Assembly: GCA_016906335.1 (NCBI GenBank)
Contig: JADEYG010000007.1
Span: 2,356,001-2,420,000, forward strand
Origin: Novakomyces olei
Lineage: Eukaryota
Direction: 5' to 3'
Length of the DNA: 64,000 nt
In this document: one piece after another, positions 13,017 through 27,122 of the stretch
Position numbering within the stretch: position 1 is the first letter of the stretch
Layout: the number at the start of each line of letters is the position of its first letter
Program-made: the position numbers and the translations under genes
The notes under the pieces: generated by a model
What the model was told of the DNA's origin: nothing
Seen by the model: only the letters and a program-made list of their open reading frames with translations
Database searches by the model: none

Positions 13017-14779
13017 TCAAGCCAATTGACGCCGATGATAAAATAGTAAGTACCTTCGTCATAAGCAACATGAAGAAAAAGAAGGAATCATACGCTTCAC
13101 TCGAAAGGACTTCTCGCTCAGTTGCCAGCGTTACTGAGGTATCATCGAGGCGAAACCATTCGGTACCGGCTCGCAGGTAGTTTATATAATGTCCACTATC
13201 GATCCTTCCAATATGAACCACGACACTGTACAAGTCGTATATAACTGCACCGCCTTTAGATTTTTTTGATGACTGCGACATTGAATCAGAGCCTGTCATG
13301 TAAGAACCAATATCGATCTCGAGCGGAAACGCCGTGGGAACATCGAGTTTAAAACTAGCGGAGCCGATATGCTCGAACCGCTAAATTACATATTAGACAA
13401 ATGAAAAAGAATAAAAATATTTTTTGTTTTGTGTTTATTCAAACTGTGTTCAATTTACCTTTAAAAGAATGCAAAGCGATGGAGGTGCAGCAAGGATTCG
13501 TACAGTCTTATGGGCCTAGAACAGTCAGTAAAAGCAACGCGAAGCCTACATGCCTTTGCCCTATTGTGGCACCGTGGGCAGCTATAGTTTGGAAGCTCTT
13601 CCGGTAAGAAATGGCTACAGGTAAGTAAAGTCGACCAGACAGAAGAACGTTGAGATCGGAGAAAGTCATATCAGCAAAATCATGAATGGCGGTATTATAG
13701 AATAGTGAGACATCGCAATAAAACAGAGGGTTGCATTGGCAGCGCAATAAAACACATGATAAGACAAACGTCCCGTAAACGTATGTATAGTATTTTCGTA
13801 CCGTCATGCTTTAGTTCCAGACCGACAGACACAATAATTTGGCAAAAATGGCAATAATTTGGCAAAATTCAATTGGATCCAGAGGAGACGAGAGCAGGGC
13901 ATTGATGATAAGTTGCATACCTATGCAGGGATTCGAGCAAATTTAAAGCTCTCTGACTATTGGCAGAATTATTAGCGGTGCTTTTGACAAGGAGACTGAG
14001 GTCGATCATCGGCTCTGTGGTAGTACTTGCCTGTCCGCAAGAAGAGCAAACTGTTGCATGGCTCAGACGTCCAAAAAACACACGATGTACAAGACACCTG
14101 CAATCTTGCGGTGTTGAATCAGGCAAACTTTGGTGAAACTGGTCGAGGAGACAAGTGAAAAACTCGTGAGCATCCTGCTGCGCATATCCGGCCAAGTTTT
14201 TCGTGGACATCCAAACGAGCTCAAGCACGTCAGCAGGTCTGTGTGCTAAGCTTTTCGAGTTGTACAACTGAGATTAGTACACACGACGGCAAAATGAAAT
14301 ATAGACGAAATGGATTGAGTAAAACTTGATAAAAGCAAGGGTGAAATAGAAGCAAAGTTGCATTAAACGCTTCCTCATATAAGAAAAGGAACTGATGAAA
14401 AATAGCATAAATCCAGACGCAACCAAACGAATCCAACAACCAAATAGGAACAATTTGACAGAAATAAACTGGGAACGCACGTCGACGTAGAGACGATCCA
14501 AAGCGCAGCTCATGCAGTGCTTACGACGGCAGTGTTGTGATACGTGAGCGCCAGATAAGAAATACGCTTTAATAAGCGGACAATGCAGTATTGTCTGTAA
14601 AATGACGCTCATAAAGCAGGTAGCCCCCATATTTTGCATTCCTCTCGGGATAGCAGCTACGCCAAGTTAGTGTTGCTCCCTTGCATTTGCTGCCAATTAC
14701 CAGCTAAAGATTGCACATAACGAGCATCCATTACGGAGGACTCTGTGCTGCCAGTGCCACCAATATTTGACGAAACCAT
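13017..14779 (-). CDS. UBP8: Ubp8/USP22-like ubiquitin-specific protease catalytic domain, 7 exons
   Basis: Cys box GMQNMGATCFMSVILQ, LAGYAQQDAHEF, LKRFEH, His box VVHIGRIDSGHY, WFRLDD, EAYLLFY; 6 introns including a GC-AG intron at 13553-13516. Confidence 0.8.
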
Positions 14780-15415
14780 TCTAATGATTGCTTGAATGAA
14801 TCTGTCCACTCAGTGCCGTCTGCTGTGCCATCAAAAGTGGCAGACAGCACTTTAGATGATGTGTATGTTAAATAAATGTGCCCCAGTCACTAAAGTACAC
14901 CACACTTTTCTCGAGTTGTAACAAGGATGAACTAAAAGAAAACAAGAAGAAGAGATTAAAATGCAATTAAAAGCAAAACAATTCTTTGGTACACATTTTC
15001 AAACGAGAAAACACATATATTCTCGAGTTGTATGGGTACCGTAACCTGAAAGTTGCTACGTTATTAACGTAAAACGCTAAATATCTTGGCAAAAGTGCGG
15101 GATGCGTACATGAGAATTTTAGTAAGGTTACTCGATTTACTTTATACGTTGTTTTATCTTGCTCTATTATCCCATTATCTATATCATTATACTCAAAGTT
15201 ATGCTCTATTATTGTACTCTATTACTATGGCTGCCAGTTTTTAACAAAATATGATCGTTTGATATTATATTACAACGTTTATGTTCATATTGTTAATAGC
15301 TGTATGAGATATTGCGCGTTCACGTTTCATACATTCTCCATTACATAGTGTATTTGCACCCAAAGCTATTGAACGGACAAACTGCCAGCCAGATTGATTT
15401 GAGCAGACCGTGAAA

Positions 15416-16200
15416 ATGGAGAAATCGTCTGCAGGCAAGGGAGATACTTTCCGTACGACACTGCACCGGCAGCTAGAAGGCAGACGCTTTGTCTTAGCCT
15501 CAAGCTCGCCAAGACGCCGTGAACTGCTTGCTCAAATCGGGTTTGATCAGGTTGAAGTAGTGCCCTCCAGCTTCCCCGAGGATCTTGACAAAACAGGCAT
15601 GTCGCCGCTTGAATATGTGGCAGAGACCGCCTCTGCCAAGGTGCATGATGTGTATAGACGATTGGTAAGAATAAGGACGGAAAGATAACAATAGAAGCTG
15701 CGTTTGTTGGTCAGTTTTAATTAGTCTAGGCAAATGATTTAAGCCCGCCTGCTCTAGTACTGGCCGCGGATACGGTAGTGCTTTGTGGGAACAACGTTCT
15801 TGAAAAACCACGTGATCAGCTCGATCACCTACGAATGCTCAAGGCTCTACGTTCAAGTTCATCACCCATAAAAGTGGTAACTGCCGTTGTCGCTATGGCA
15901 CCAATGTCGGTGCCTGTGCACCCAGGCTACTGGCTTAAAAGCACGATGGAGGAGACTGAGCTTCAGTTTGACAAAAATGTGAGAGACGAAGTGCTGGAGG
16001 CTTACGTAAACGCTGGCTCTGGGCTGGACGCCGCTGGAGGTTTCCAGATCCAGCGAGAAGGAGCTCTCCTCGTCACAAAGGTAGTCGGTGATTTTTCTAA
16101 CGTGGTCGGATTGCCTTTACGGGCTACATTCAAGCTCATGGAGCGTATTTTGAACAGCGATATGCTAGAAGAGTCAGAGAGCGATCCTGATGACTATTGA
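15416..16200 (+). CDS. Maf-like nucleotide pyrophosphatase, 2 exons
   Basis: VLASSSPRRRELL, LAADTVV, LEKP, AGGFQIQ, GDFSNVVGLP; intron ~15665-15729. Confidence 0.92.
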
Positions 16201-16821
16201 TAGACTGAGCTGGGTGTAAATGGACTGCATTATAAAGCCGTATTCTATTTCACATAGATCGTCTACGGTTGTTTCCGTGATTGCTTTTATCTGGATTTTG
16301 CACATATAGGCTCTTGTTCCATACTGGTTTTACTGTTTGATTGTTTGGGGGTTTATTAATTCCTGAGAGGCTTGAACGATTTTTACTTTTCTTTGTACTC
16401 AGTTTTATTAAAATTTGTGTCTTGTGCGAGACAATCTGTAGATTGAACTTGACTCAATGGTCCTTGCATGGTTAGAAATGAGCATTCGATTTAAATTAAA
16501 GGCCCCAGCAAACCAGTATTGCACAACGTGAATTGCTCATAACAATAATCAGCTAAAGTCGGAAAGACAACAAATAATTAAACAGACAATCATAACGGTT
16601 ACCATACAACCAAGCGTTTCAGAACGATGGCCTAATTTAGACAGAGAGCTGTGATTAAAAATATATCACTATTAGCAGTCTATGGAGCTGTTCTTCTCAG
16701 ATACACACTTTACCAAACCGAATTACCTACTGAACAACATATTCTTGCATGCTGCGTGTAAAAACTATACTTTTCTCTCAATCAAGATCATGTGGCTAAT
16801 TACAAATTAGAATGCAAGCTA

Positions 16822-18148
<1,327 letters not shown>

Positions 18149-18285
18149 TGTCAATGACCGCGACTCGTCTAAGCCGGCGCGCGTTGTGCGGACTACGTGG
18201 AATTTGTTTGTGAATAACAGATTATTTGGATGGAGCATTAGTATTTCCATACATAACGCGAATATTATGAGGCATTTTAATATGC

Positions 18286-18420
18286 AATTGTATAATCGCA
18301 AATCGTATAATATGCAAAATGTATGCAAATTGTATAATATGCAAATTGTATAATATGCAAATTGTATAATATGCAACATGTATAATATGCACAATAATAT
18401 GCAAATTGTATAATAGCAAA
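18286..18420. repeat. Degenerate 16-nt minisatellite AAATTGTATAATATGC in the SEC13/TRM10 divergent intergenic region
   Basis: Several imperfect tandem copies. Confidence 0.9.
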
Positions 18421-18797
18421 TTATACTGTAAGGCCGAATTTATCTAAACTGTGCAACCAAACTTAGGAATATAATAAAATATTATTTGCTATTAACAAAT
18501 GTAATAAAAGCACGTCAATAAAATAATCTGCAATCAAAAGAGACGCGCATTAGAATCCAGTGCAGAGACTGCCATCACTAAAAGCGATCGCGCGAGCGGT
18601 AAAATGGACTTTGTTGAACATTGATTATTGAACAATCGTTGTGCTTTTAAACCTCGTTTTCCGAATAAGCGATCGATCAATTTCGAAAGAGTTTGAGTCA
18701 CTCACTAAAAATAATTATCGTTTGTGAATTGCGACTCGCGCACAAGACGCATTACAGCATCTTGCTCTGCTCCTCTATGCCTTAAATTGCAAAAAAA

Positions 18798-19914
18798 ATG
18801 ATTGAGGACGCTGAATATTGTGGTCCAGATGGAACGGGATTATCAAAGAACGCCAGAAAGCGGTTACTGCGGCAGCAAAAATGGGAGGCTGATCGTGAAC
18901 AGCGTTTAGAGAGACGAAAACAACGACGAGTAGAAAAAAAGCAAAAGCAGCGGGAGGCGAAAAGAGCTGTAATTGCCGATGATGAAAACAGTAATGAACA
19001 ACAGACGCTATCAAGGGAGCAAAAAAGACGTAGAGAGATGCGCAATAAGGAACGAACGCCGAGTTCTCTACGCATTATATACGATTGTGGATTTGATGAC
19101 CTCATGACAGACAAGGAAATTGTATCAATCTCGTCACAGATTACACGTTGCTATTCTGATAATAGAATCTCGTTGCACCCAGCATCCCTCTTGGCTACTT
19201 CGTTCAATAAGCGGCTGGAGAGGCGAATGCGTACCGTATTTCAAAACAACTACCAGAGTTGGTCCCGTTTTTCCGTACATGAATCCGATATTTCTCAGCT
19301 TATACGGGAGGACAATGATGCTGACGAGGCTACGTCAAAGCTAAATGTAAATGAAATAGGGAATGGAAATGAAAATAATGACGAAAACAAGAAAAATGAA
19401 ACGAGGACTAGGTCCAATGACGAATGGACTTTTACCAGAGACGAATTGATTTACCTCACGGCCGATACGAACAATGTGCTCTCAGAGATTGATGAGTCAA
19501 AGACGTACATTATTGGTGGCATTGTGGACAGGAATAGATACAAGGTATTATTAACGCGTAAAGCAACACAAAAAACCAGGGAAATAAAAAGTGGGAGACA
19601 ATGAGAAAATCAGCAGTATATTTTTGTGCGTACTGACAAATCAGGATCTTTGTCGGGACAAGGCGGTAACGCTGGGGATTAAAACGGCCGCTCTGCCCAT
19701 TGGAAAGTATATTGCAATGTCTCAACGTAAAGTCCTTACCGTAAACCACGTCACCGAAATCATTCTGCGATGGCTTGAAACACGAGATTGGAAAATTGCG
19801 TTTGAACAGGTAATTCCTACACGCAAATTGAACAAGGTATCGAATAGGCCAGATGGTGAAAAGGCGGACGAAGAAGAAGATGACACTGGAAGCAGCCAGT
19901 CTGGCAGTGACTAG
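18798..19914 (+). CDS. TRM10: tRNA m1G9 methyltransferase Trm10, 2 exons
   Basis: LSKNARKRLLRQQKWE, DCGFDDLM, YLTADT, YIIGGIVDRNRYK, LPIGKYI, RKVLTVNHV, VIPTRK. Confidence 0.95.
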
Positions 19915-20061
19915 GCACTGAAGGCGGTGCAGATACTTGTAGTCAAAAGAATCATTTAAAATTGTATAAATTTCATTGCATTATATACACAGATTCCAAC
20001 AGCAGAATCAAACGCTGCAAAGTTCTCTTCAATAAAAACAAAAAATAGAAAAGGAACACAT

Positions 20062-21835
20062 TCAAAAGTCAAGAGATGCTCCTTCTTCCGGCTCGCGCTC
20101 ACGTTTTATCCGTGTTTCGCTGCTTATGAGCGAATTTGCTACCTTTTTGAAGTACTCGACGTAAGGCTTTAATGAAGTTTTCTCATAGTCTGTTTCCTGT
20201 CAGTCCCATAACTATAAAGGCAGCAAATCATTTTCGTTATGTTTTCTTCTTTTGCCATACCTGAAATTTCTTGCTCATTTTCCAACCCGGAAGCTAAATG
20301 CTCCTGATCATATCGATCTATTTCATCCAATAATTGTGTAAGCGTGGGCACATTGAAAGGACTAAACGAATCAACATGAGCAGGATCAATTGGCACACAG
20401 ACACGCCCAGTGCCCGGATGAATACAAAATGGCGATTTGAGCAAATGGTTAAGATGCTTTGATACTTCTGCATCGAGACGGGGATACAAGTATTCAAAAA
20501 CTAAATCTTGTTTTGCTATTAAAAGCTGTTTGGTATCGAGAGACTAATGTGATTAGTATTATAAAAGATCATACATAGTGTTTGACGAACCTTGCTGACA
20601 CCAGACTCAGCTACCTGGTCGATATCGGTCCATTTTGCAAGGCTGGGTCGGTTGGCACTAGTTTTCCATTTCTTGCGTAACACCTCGCGTAGATCTGGCG
20701 TTTAGCACGATAGAAAGAAAGGGGCTTTTCAGTTCATCATTTATTTCTCTAATAATAGAACAAACCTTTGTCTGGGATAGCATTGAGAAGCTTATCGACC
20801 TGGTCCGGTGTTCTCCAGGGATCCTGCTCTTCTAGTATAATAGAGCTGAAATGCCGTCCCAAAATATCAAGAGCACGGCTTTATATTAGACAGACTTCTC
20901 CTTAATTCAATGATTTCTTCTGTATTTTTGAATATACATGTATATTGGCAAATGCCTTTTTTCTTATTTGCTTTCCAAAAGATTATTTTTCAATGTTCCT
21001 TACGAGAGTGACGGATGTAATGGTCGCCGAAGCTCTATAGCTTTCGAGTTCTGTGACCCTGCTCGCACCACTTCCAAGTAAACGGCAATTGCCCGGCGCT
21101 TAGAATCATCAAGAAGCCGGGCACGTCTATCTGAGACCCAGCAATGGACACCGCGACGACCTGAATAGACCCATAATATAGAAGAAAACCCAAAATCTTC
21201 ACGCAAAGCGGCGTCCAGAGTCTTAATAGCAACTCGCATAAACCCCCAGCATTTTTCACAAATATTAGCCTTGCTACAACAAGTGCGAATATTATCGTAA
21301 TCTGTCATATCAATATCAAAGACGAGCTCCTTCTCGACAGGATGAAAGGCAGCCTTTCGTAGAATCTTGCGATCGCGTGGACACGCAGAGTAAACGGGAC
21401 CGATCTCGAAACGCGAAGGGTTAAGTCGCATAACTTCTTTTTTCATTGCATCGTAACTGGGAAAAGAGAGGTAACGCAAATACGCGTCGTTTGCTAAAGT
21501 AAACGCGAATTCACGGTTTGTAAACGCTTTGGTCGGTGCATTCGCATGATTCAGCCATTGAAACAGTGGCCTAAAAGACTAATTAGTCTTGCACTCAAGC
21601 ATTAATCTCATTACCGAAACGGAAACAGGCGGGAATAAAAAGCCAGCATCTTTTCCGGGTCCGTTCCTGGATCTGTGTCTGTCTTTACTCTGTTGAAACG
21701 TCAGCTAGTTCTCTAAAAGCTTTAAAACTTTTAGTACCCAGTGTGCTCGTAGAATGCCGCTGCACGTGCGGCTTGAGCGATACTTTCGTCATTGAATTCT
21801 GGCGACGAGGGCGTTGCCAAAGTCATGTCGGGCAT
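20062..21835 (-). CDS. PRI1: DNA primase small subunit, 7 exons
   Basis: FYSRLFPFR, NREFAFT, KELVFDIDMTDYD, VYSGRRGVHCWV, YPRLDAEVSKHLNHLLKSPFCIHPGTG. Confidence 0.96.
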
Positions 21836-21845
21836 TTTGTCTCTA

Positions 21846-21873
21846 ACGCGTGTGCGATTTTCGCGTTTCGCGT
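21846..21873. promoter_or_regulatory. MCB (MluI cell-cycle box) cluster in the PRI1/SLD2 bidirectional promoter
   Basis: ACGCGT at 21846; TCGCGT at 21861 and 21868. Confidence 0.7.
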
Positions 21874-21901
21874 AATTAATTAATTAATTAATTAAGCATT
21901 G

Positions 21902-22103
21902 AATATAATATAATATAATATAATATAATATAATATAATATAATATAATATAATATAATATAATATAATATAATATAATATAATATAATATAATATAATA
22001 TAATATAATATAATATAATATAATATAATATAATATAATATAATATAATATAATATAATATAATATAATATAATATAATATAATATAATATAATATAATA
22101 TAA
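21902..22103. repeat. (ATATA)n microsatellite of about 40 units
   Basis: Perfect tandem array. Confidence 0.98.
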
Positions 22104-22155
22104 TTGAATAATTGCATAAATAATATTGCGCTTGCGGCGTCAAGGCACCATTTCT

Positions 22156-23229
22156 ATGGAGCAATTACGGACGCAATTAAAGAAGTGGGAGCATGAATTC
22201 GCCTTTAAAAATGGACGCAGAGCCGGTGCCGAAGATGTACGGAAGGACGCGGAAATTGGTATGTGTCCCGTAAGCTTAGAAGCAGATTGACTGACTCGAG
22301 ATGCGAAATAAATAGCACTGTGTTATAAGCAGTACCACGCGTTAAAACGCGAGATCAAACAGGCCCAGCAACATGTAGCGCCAAATTCTGGATCCGAGCA
22401 ACTGCCGCCGGCAGTAACAACGCCGCGTAAACGCGTCTACGCTCAGAAAGGCGCGCGTGATTCGAGTACCGAGTCAGCTTTGGCAGAGGCAAAGGCAGAT
22501 AAGGAGACGGAGGATGAGACAGAGTCGATAGGGCCAACGCCTCGGAGCGGACGGCGTATGGCCGTTAGTATCTTTGATCTTGCTGAACCACAAACGCCGA
22601 CTGCGGCACCAAACTCGTCTCGACGATTAGAAGGGCTTAAGAGGGAGGCATCGCCCTTGTTAACTCCTTCAAAGGGCCGGTCGCTTTCACCGCCAGACGA
22701 TAATTTAAACATTAATATTAAAACTAGTACAGATCTTATTGACGACACATTGGCACTGTCTCCGCCTCTTACTTCCAGCGATGGCTGTGCGGATAGTACT
22801 TTGGGCGTTGAAGCTACGCCAGAAATCTACAAGCAGAAAGCAGCCGCCATATTGTTTCCGAATCTGACTCGACCTGCTCGTGGGTTGAGCCAATTGATCC
22901 GTGAGTTACGTGAAGCAGAAAAGGAAATAGACACAACGGGCGAGGAAGAACAAGGGGTGCAAGAGGCGGGGGCTGAGCCTTCTGAGGCTAACCCTGAAGG
23001 TGAAAAGGGAGCCGTCAGTCTGTCGACGAGCATGAAAAGGCCGCCAAAACGACAGCATCGTAGAGTCGTGCTTCGGCCTGTGAGTTTGTCTGCTCAAAAT
23101 AAGGCGAACGAGCACGAGACCGATCAAAAACCAACCTCTAATCGGACAAAGCCACAAACTCATTCTAATTTTGTACGGCTAAAATTGCGAAGAGGTGGTA
23201 ATCGACCACCATGGGTTCGTCGTAGATGA
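22156..23229 (+). CDS. SLD2: Replication initiation factor Sld2/Drc1, 2 exons
   Basis: MEQLRTQLKKWEHEFAFKNGR...YKQY (Sld2/RecQ4 N-terminus), IGPTP..SIFD, many S/T-P CDK sites, NFVRLKL; intron 22259-22315. Confidence 0.88.
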
Positions 23230-23974
23230 CACGCTGCACAAAAAGTAACTGATCGCTTTTTCACGGCAATCAAATTTTAATGAATTTTGTTCTTTTTGTG
23301 GTCTTTATGCTTGGATTGGATAGCTTGAAAATATTAATATATCAATTCTGGAGTATAACTGCTGAACAGTTGCCTGACCAGGCAAGAAGAAAGGGAGGCA
23401 AACAGTAAGCCGCAAGCACTGATGTAAAGCCACTGGAAGTACTAATAATTTGACAGCCATATTGTGGGCAAAAACATATACAAAGGATAATAAGAGTGTT
23501 ACAACATTCAAACTTTATAGAAGGCTAAATCACAATCATTATCTCGTTTTCTCGTTTCTATACAAGGTGTATACCATCGGCTTGAGAGCATTGCCATGCT
23601 CTAACCCAACGATTCGCAAAAACCCTATGATCAAAACAGTGGTACAATTCATTCGACATGAAACAGTCAGCCAACACTGTACTCTTTTTATCATTTCACC
23701 ATTCATGGACACATACGACGGAGAGGAAAAAAAAGATTGAAACAAAAAGAGAGGGTGAAACAATACAGACACGGTTAAATATCAAAAACAAGATTTTTAA
23801 AAAAAGCGCAAAAATCATTGAAACCAAATTCAAAGTCACAGCCGGTGAACGATATCGGCCATTATTTGCGGTCTTCTTATTATTTTTCTTTTGCGTAAAA
23901 CTCCACATAATCCATAATACTTGTTGCAAAATTCTCATTCTACCCATGGCGCAAGCGCAAACTCATTGCAAACC

Positions 23975-24550
23975 TCAAGATTCATTGTAAAATTTTTTCA
24001 AGTAGGCCTCCGCCTCTGCGTAGCGTTTTTTCCCAAGACGAAGTGCTATTCTGATCTTGTCAAGAGCTTCCTGCTCAGAGGAGAATTTGTTCTCCCCTGT
24101 TTTATCCGTCATAGCCCCGTAATGCTGAATATACTCACACTGCTCCTTGACTTGTGTGAGTCCTAGCGCAGCAGAAGAGCCCTTCAAGAAATGCCCTAAT
24201 GACGAAAGTGCGGGCAAATCTGCCTGTGCAAGCGCACTTTCAATCTGAGAAAAAGTCTGCTCTGCCTGTTCGAAATAATTCCATACGATGCTTTGACTAA
24301 ACTCCCGATCATCGTCGTCATCCATCTCGAGCAATTGATCAAATGTCGAGTGGTCCACCATTTCGCCACTTTGAGGTGAATCATCGTCACTATCAGCGTC
24401 TTCTTTGCTCGCCTTTTCTGTTTCCTCGAGAGCCGCAGGCTTTTCCGTCTTTGGGCTTGTGTCTTTGCTTTTTATCCCGGTTTCCATTGTTGAAGGCGCA
24501 GTCAGATCTTTAACGCTGGAATTGCCGTCAGCCGTACTCGGGGTTGCCAT
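23975..24550 (-). CDS. YPD1: Histidine phosphotransfer protein Ypd1/Mpr1
   Basis: TFDQLLEMDDDD.EFSQSIVWNYFEQAE, LSSLGHFLKGSSAALGL. Confidence 0.95.
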   Translation of the reverse strand: MATPSTADGNSSVKDLTAPSTMETGIKSKDTSPKTEKPAALEETEKASKEDADSDDDSPQSGEMVDHSTFDQLLEMDDDDDREFSQSIVWNYFEQAEQTFSQIESALAQADLPALSSLGHFLKGSSAALGLTQVKEQCEYIQHYGAMTDKTGENKFSSEQEALDKIRIALRLGKKRYAEAEAYLKKFYNES

Positions 24551-25039
24551 ATAACCGGTAGTCTCTGATGATAGGAATAGATTGAATAGCACAGAGGCCG
24601 CGAATTTCAAGCAACGAGCCTTCGTTAGTATTTCCCACCGCTTGTAACAATTGGGCTTAGTGCATTGGGGGTTTGATTATTTTGTGTCATCTGCTCTGAC
24701 TGATTTATCAATAATCTGGTCCGAACTTTAAGATAAACCAGCCTTGGATTATATGTACTCTTACTTTTAGTATAACAGTTTAATTCGGGGTCTCGACATG
24801 TTTCACATATAAATTACGCACTTCAGTATTATAATACTCGCCGAAACCATATTAATAACGGATTCAGACCCACTGCTGCATGACAAACACGCATAAAGAG
24901 GATATATAAAGACATGTGAACCAAATATGAATCATTTAATCGCTGATCTACAAAAAGATGCACTAAATTGCTCTGATTTTAACTCGTAATATTATCAACT
25001 TTTAAAGTGGCCTTTTTCAGATCCTAAAACAAAGGGGTT

Positions 25040-26405
25040 TCAGCCGACAACCTTGTAAATGCTTTCGGCGAGGTAGCGGACATTATGGCTTGTCACGCCG
25101 GCCACTGAGATACGGCCGTCACGTGTAAGGAAGACGTTATGCTCCGTACGCAGCTTGTCCACGTCTTCTGGCTTCAGACCGGTATAACAAAACATGCCGA
25201 TTTGGTTAGTCACATGGGACCAATCGTGTTTGCTGTGGAAATCGTCTTCCAAGTGCTCTCGCAGCAGAGTCCCTAAGATAGGTTGGTAAATAAACTATAA
25301 TTGCAAAATTAAATATAATATAAATATCTAAAACAGCTGTAGCATTAAGCTTGCTGGGACTTACGCATTTCCTTGATACGGTCGGCCATGCCCTTGACTT
25401 CACCGAGCCACTGCTTTTGCAGACGCTTGGTGCCCAGAATTTCGGCGACAATACGAGCTCCGTGTACAGGAGGATTGCTGATCATTGCACGAACCAAGAT
25501 CTTCAATTGACTCTCCACGCGACGCTTTTCGTCCTCGTTCTCACATACAATGGAGATTGAACCGACACGCTCGCCATACAAGCCCTAGAAAAAAATTAGA
25601 ATAAAAACTGTTACCAAAACTGCCACCGTACCATATTCTTTGCAAACGACTGGCTCAGGCAAAGCCGATGGCCCTGTTCGATAAAGTAACGTGGGGCATA
25701 GGCATCTGCGTCTACATCGCCACTGGCAAAGCCTTGGTAGGCGGAATCAAAAAACACAAAATGCTCCTTTTCGCGAACAGCCTCGGAAATCTGCTTCCAC
25801 TGCTCACGAGTAGGGTCGACGCCAGTTGGATTGTGAGCACAAGCATGGAGCAGTATAATCGAGCCCTTTGGAGCACTGCGAATATCTTCAAGCATGCCGC
25901 TGATATCAAGGCTGATTGTCTTTGGGTCATAATACCGGTACTGCCGTACTTCGAGTCCAGAGTCAGTGAAAATGGGTCGATGGTTGCCCCAGCTCGGAGT
26001 TGGCAAATAAATAATTTTATTCGGGAAAAATCGAGCCAAGAAGGCACCGCCAAAGCGAAGAGCTCCAGTTCCAGAAATTGACTGTGCTACAACAAGCCGA
26101 TCCTCTCGTAGAACTGGCGATTTGGGTCCGTAAACGAGCTCAGCAGCGAGTCTGGTAAACTGAGGAACGCCTGTTATCGGAGCATACTCCTTGTCGAGAT
26201 GCCTCTTGAGTATCGCCTTTTCAGCCTTCAATACAGAGGGCAGAACGTACGGACGGCCTTCATCGTCGCGGTAGGCACCGACACCGAGATTGATCTTGCG
26301 CGGGTCGGTGCTGGCCTTGAAGGCTTCAGTAACACCCAAAATTGCGTCTGGCGGACCAAGAGGCACATTGCGGAAGGGCGAAAGACGCGGGATCAATCGA
26401 GACAT
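25040..26405 (-). CDS. AAT1: Aspartate aminotransferase, mitochondrial type, 3 exons
   Basis: [67 protein letters not shown]. Confidence 0.9.
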
Positions 26406-27122
26406 GCTGGCAAGACACAAGTAGTGCAATTGCCTTCAAACAGCCACTAAAGTTTACGTACGCCTTTGTTCTAAAGGCGCAATGGCTCAAAGGATGTGGG
26501 CCAGAGTGGACTGATGCAACGATAAAGAGGGGAGAACGGCCGTATATGTACGCTTGTTGATATAGTGTAAATTATATAGGCAATTGAACTAGTATATATG
26601 GAAAATTGGTTTACGATATACTCGTACACAATTATATATGGAGCAAAATCTGCCTTGTGTTTAGTAGCACTATTATAAGCATTATTATTATAGAATAATT
26701 AATAGCATTATTATATATAAAGCTGCTATTATAATAGCAATATTAGAATTGCGAATCCTTCTCCATATTAATGAATGCGTTCGTCACTGCTGACATACAC
26801 GATCAATGTATAATAGTTGCAAAAGACACTGATATTTTCAAGAGCTAATACGCTTTAATATAATCTTTATTTGAGAACGTCTTGCCACTGCGTCCACAAA
26901 TCGTTATCCTTGCTCCCTTGGATTATTGACTGCTTGACCGTATCACTTGCTAAATCAATACCCGATCATCTTTTACTTTATAATATATGATGTACCATAA
27001 TGTATCATACATTTAATCAGGGTTTTCTACCAGCCTTTAACGGCAAAAGCTGAAGGCTGTATCCTGAGCTCACCGTTGGGAACACTTTTCAACTTTTGGT
27101 CGAAGGGTAAAATCTCGCGGCA

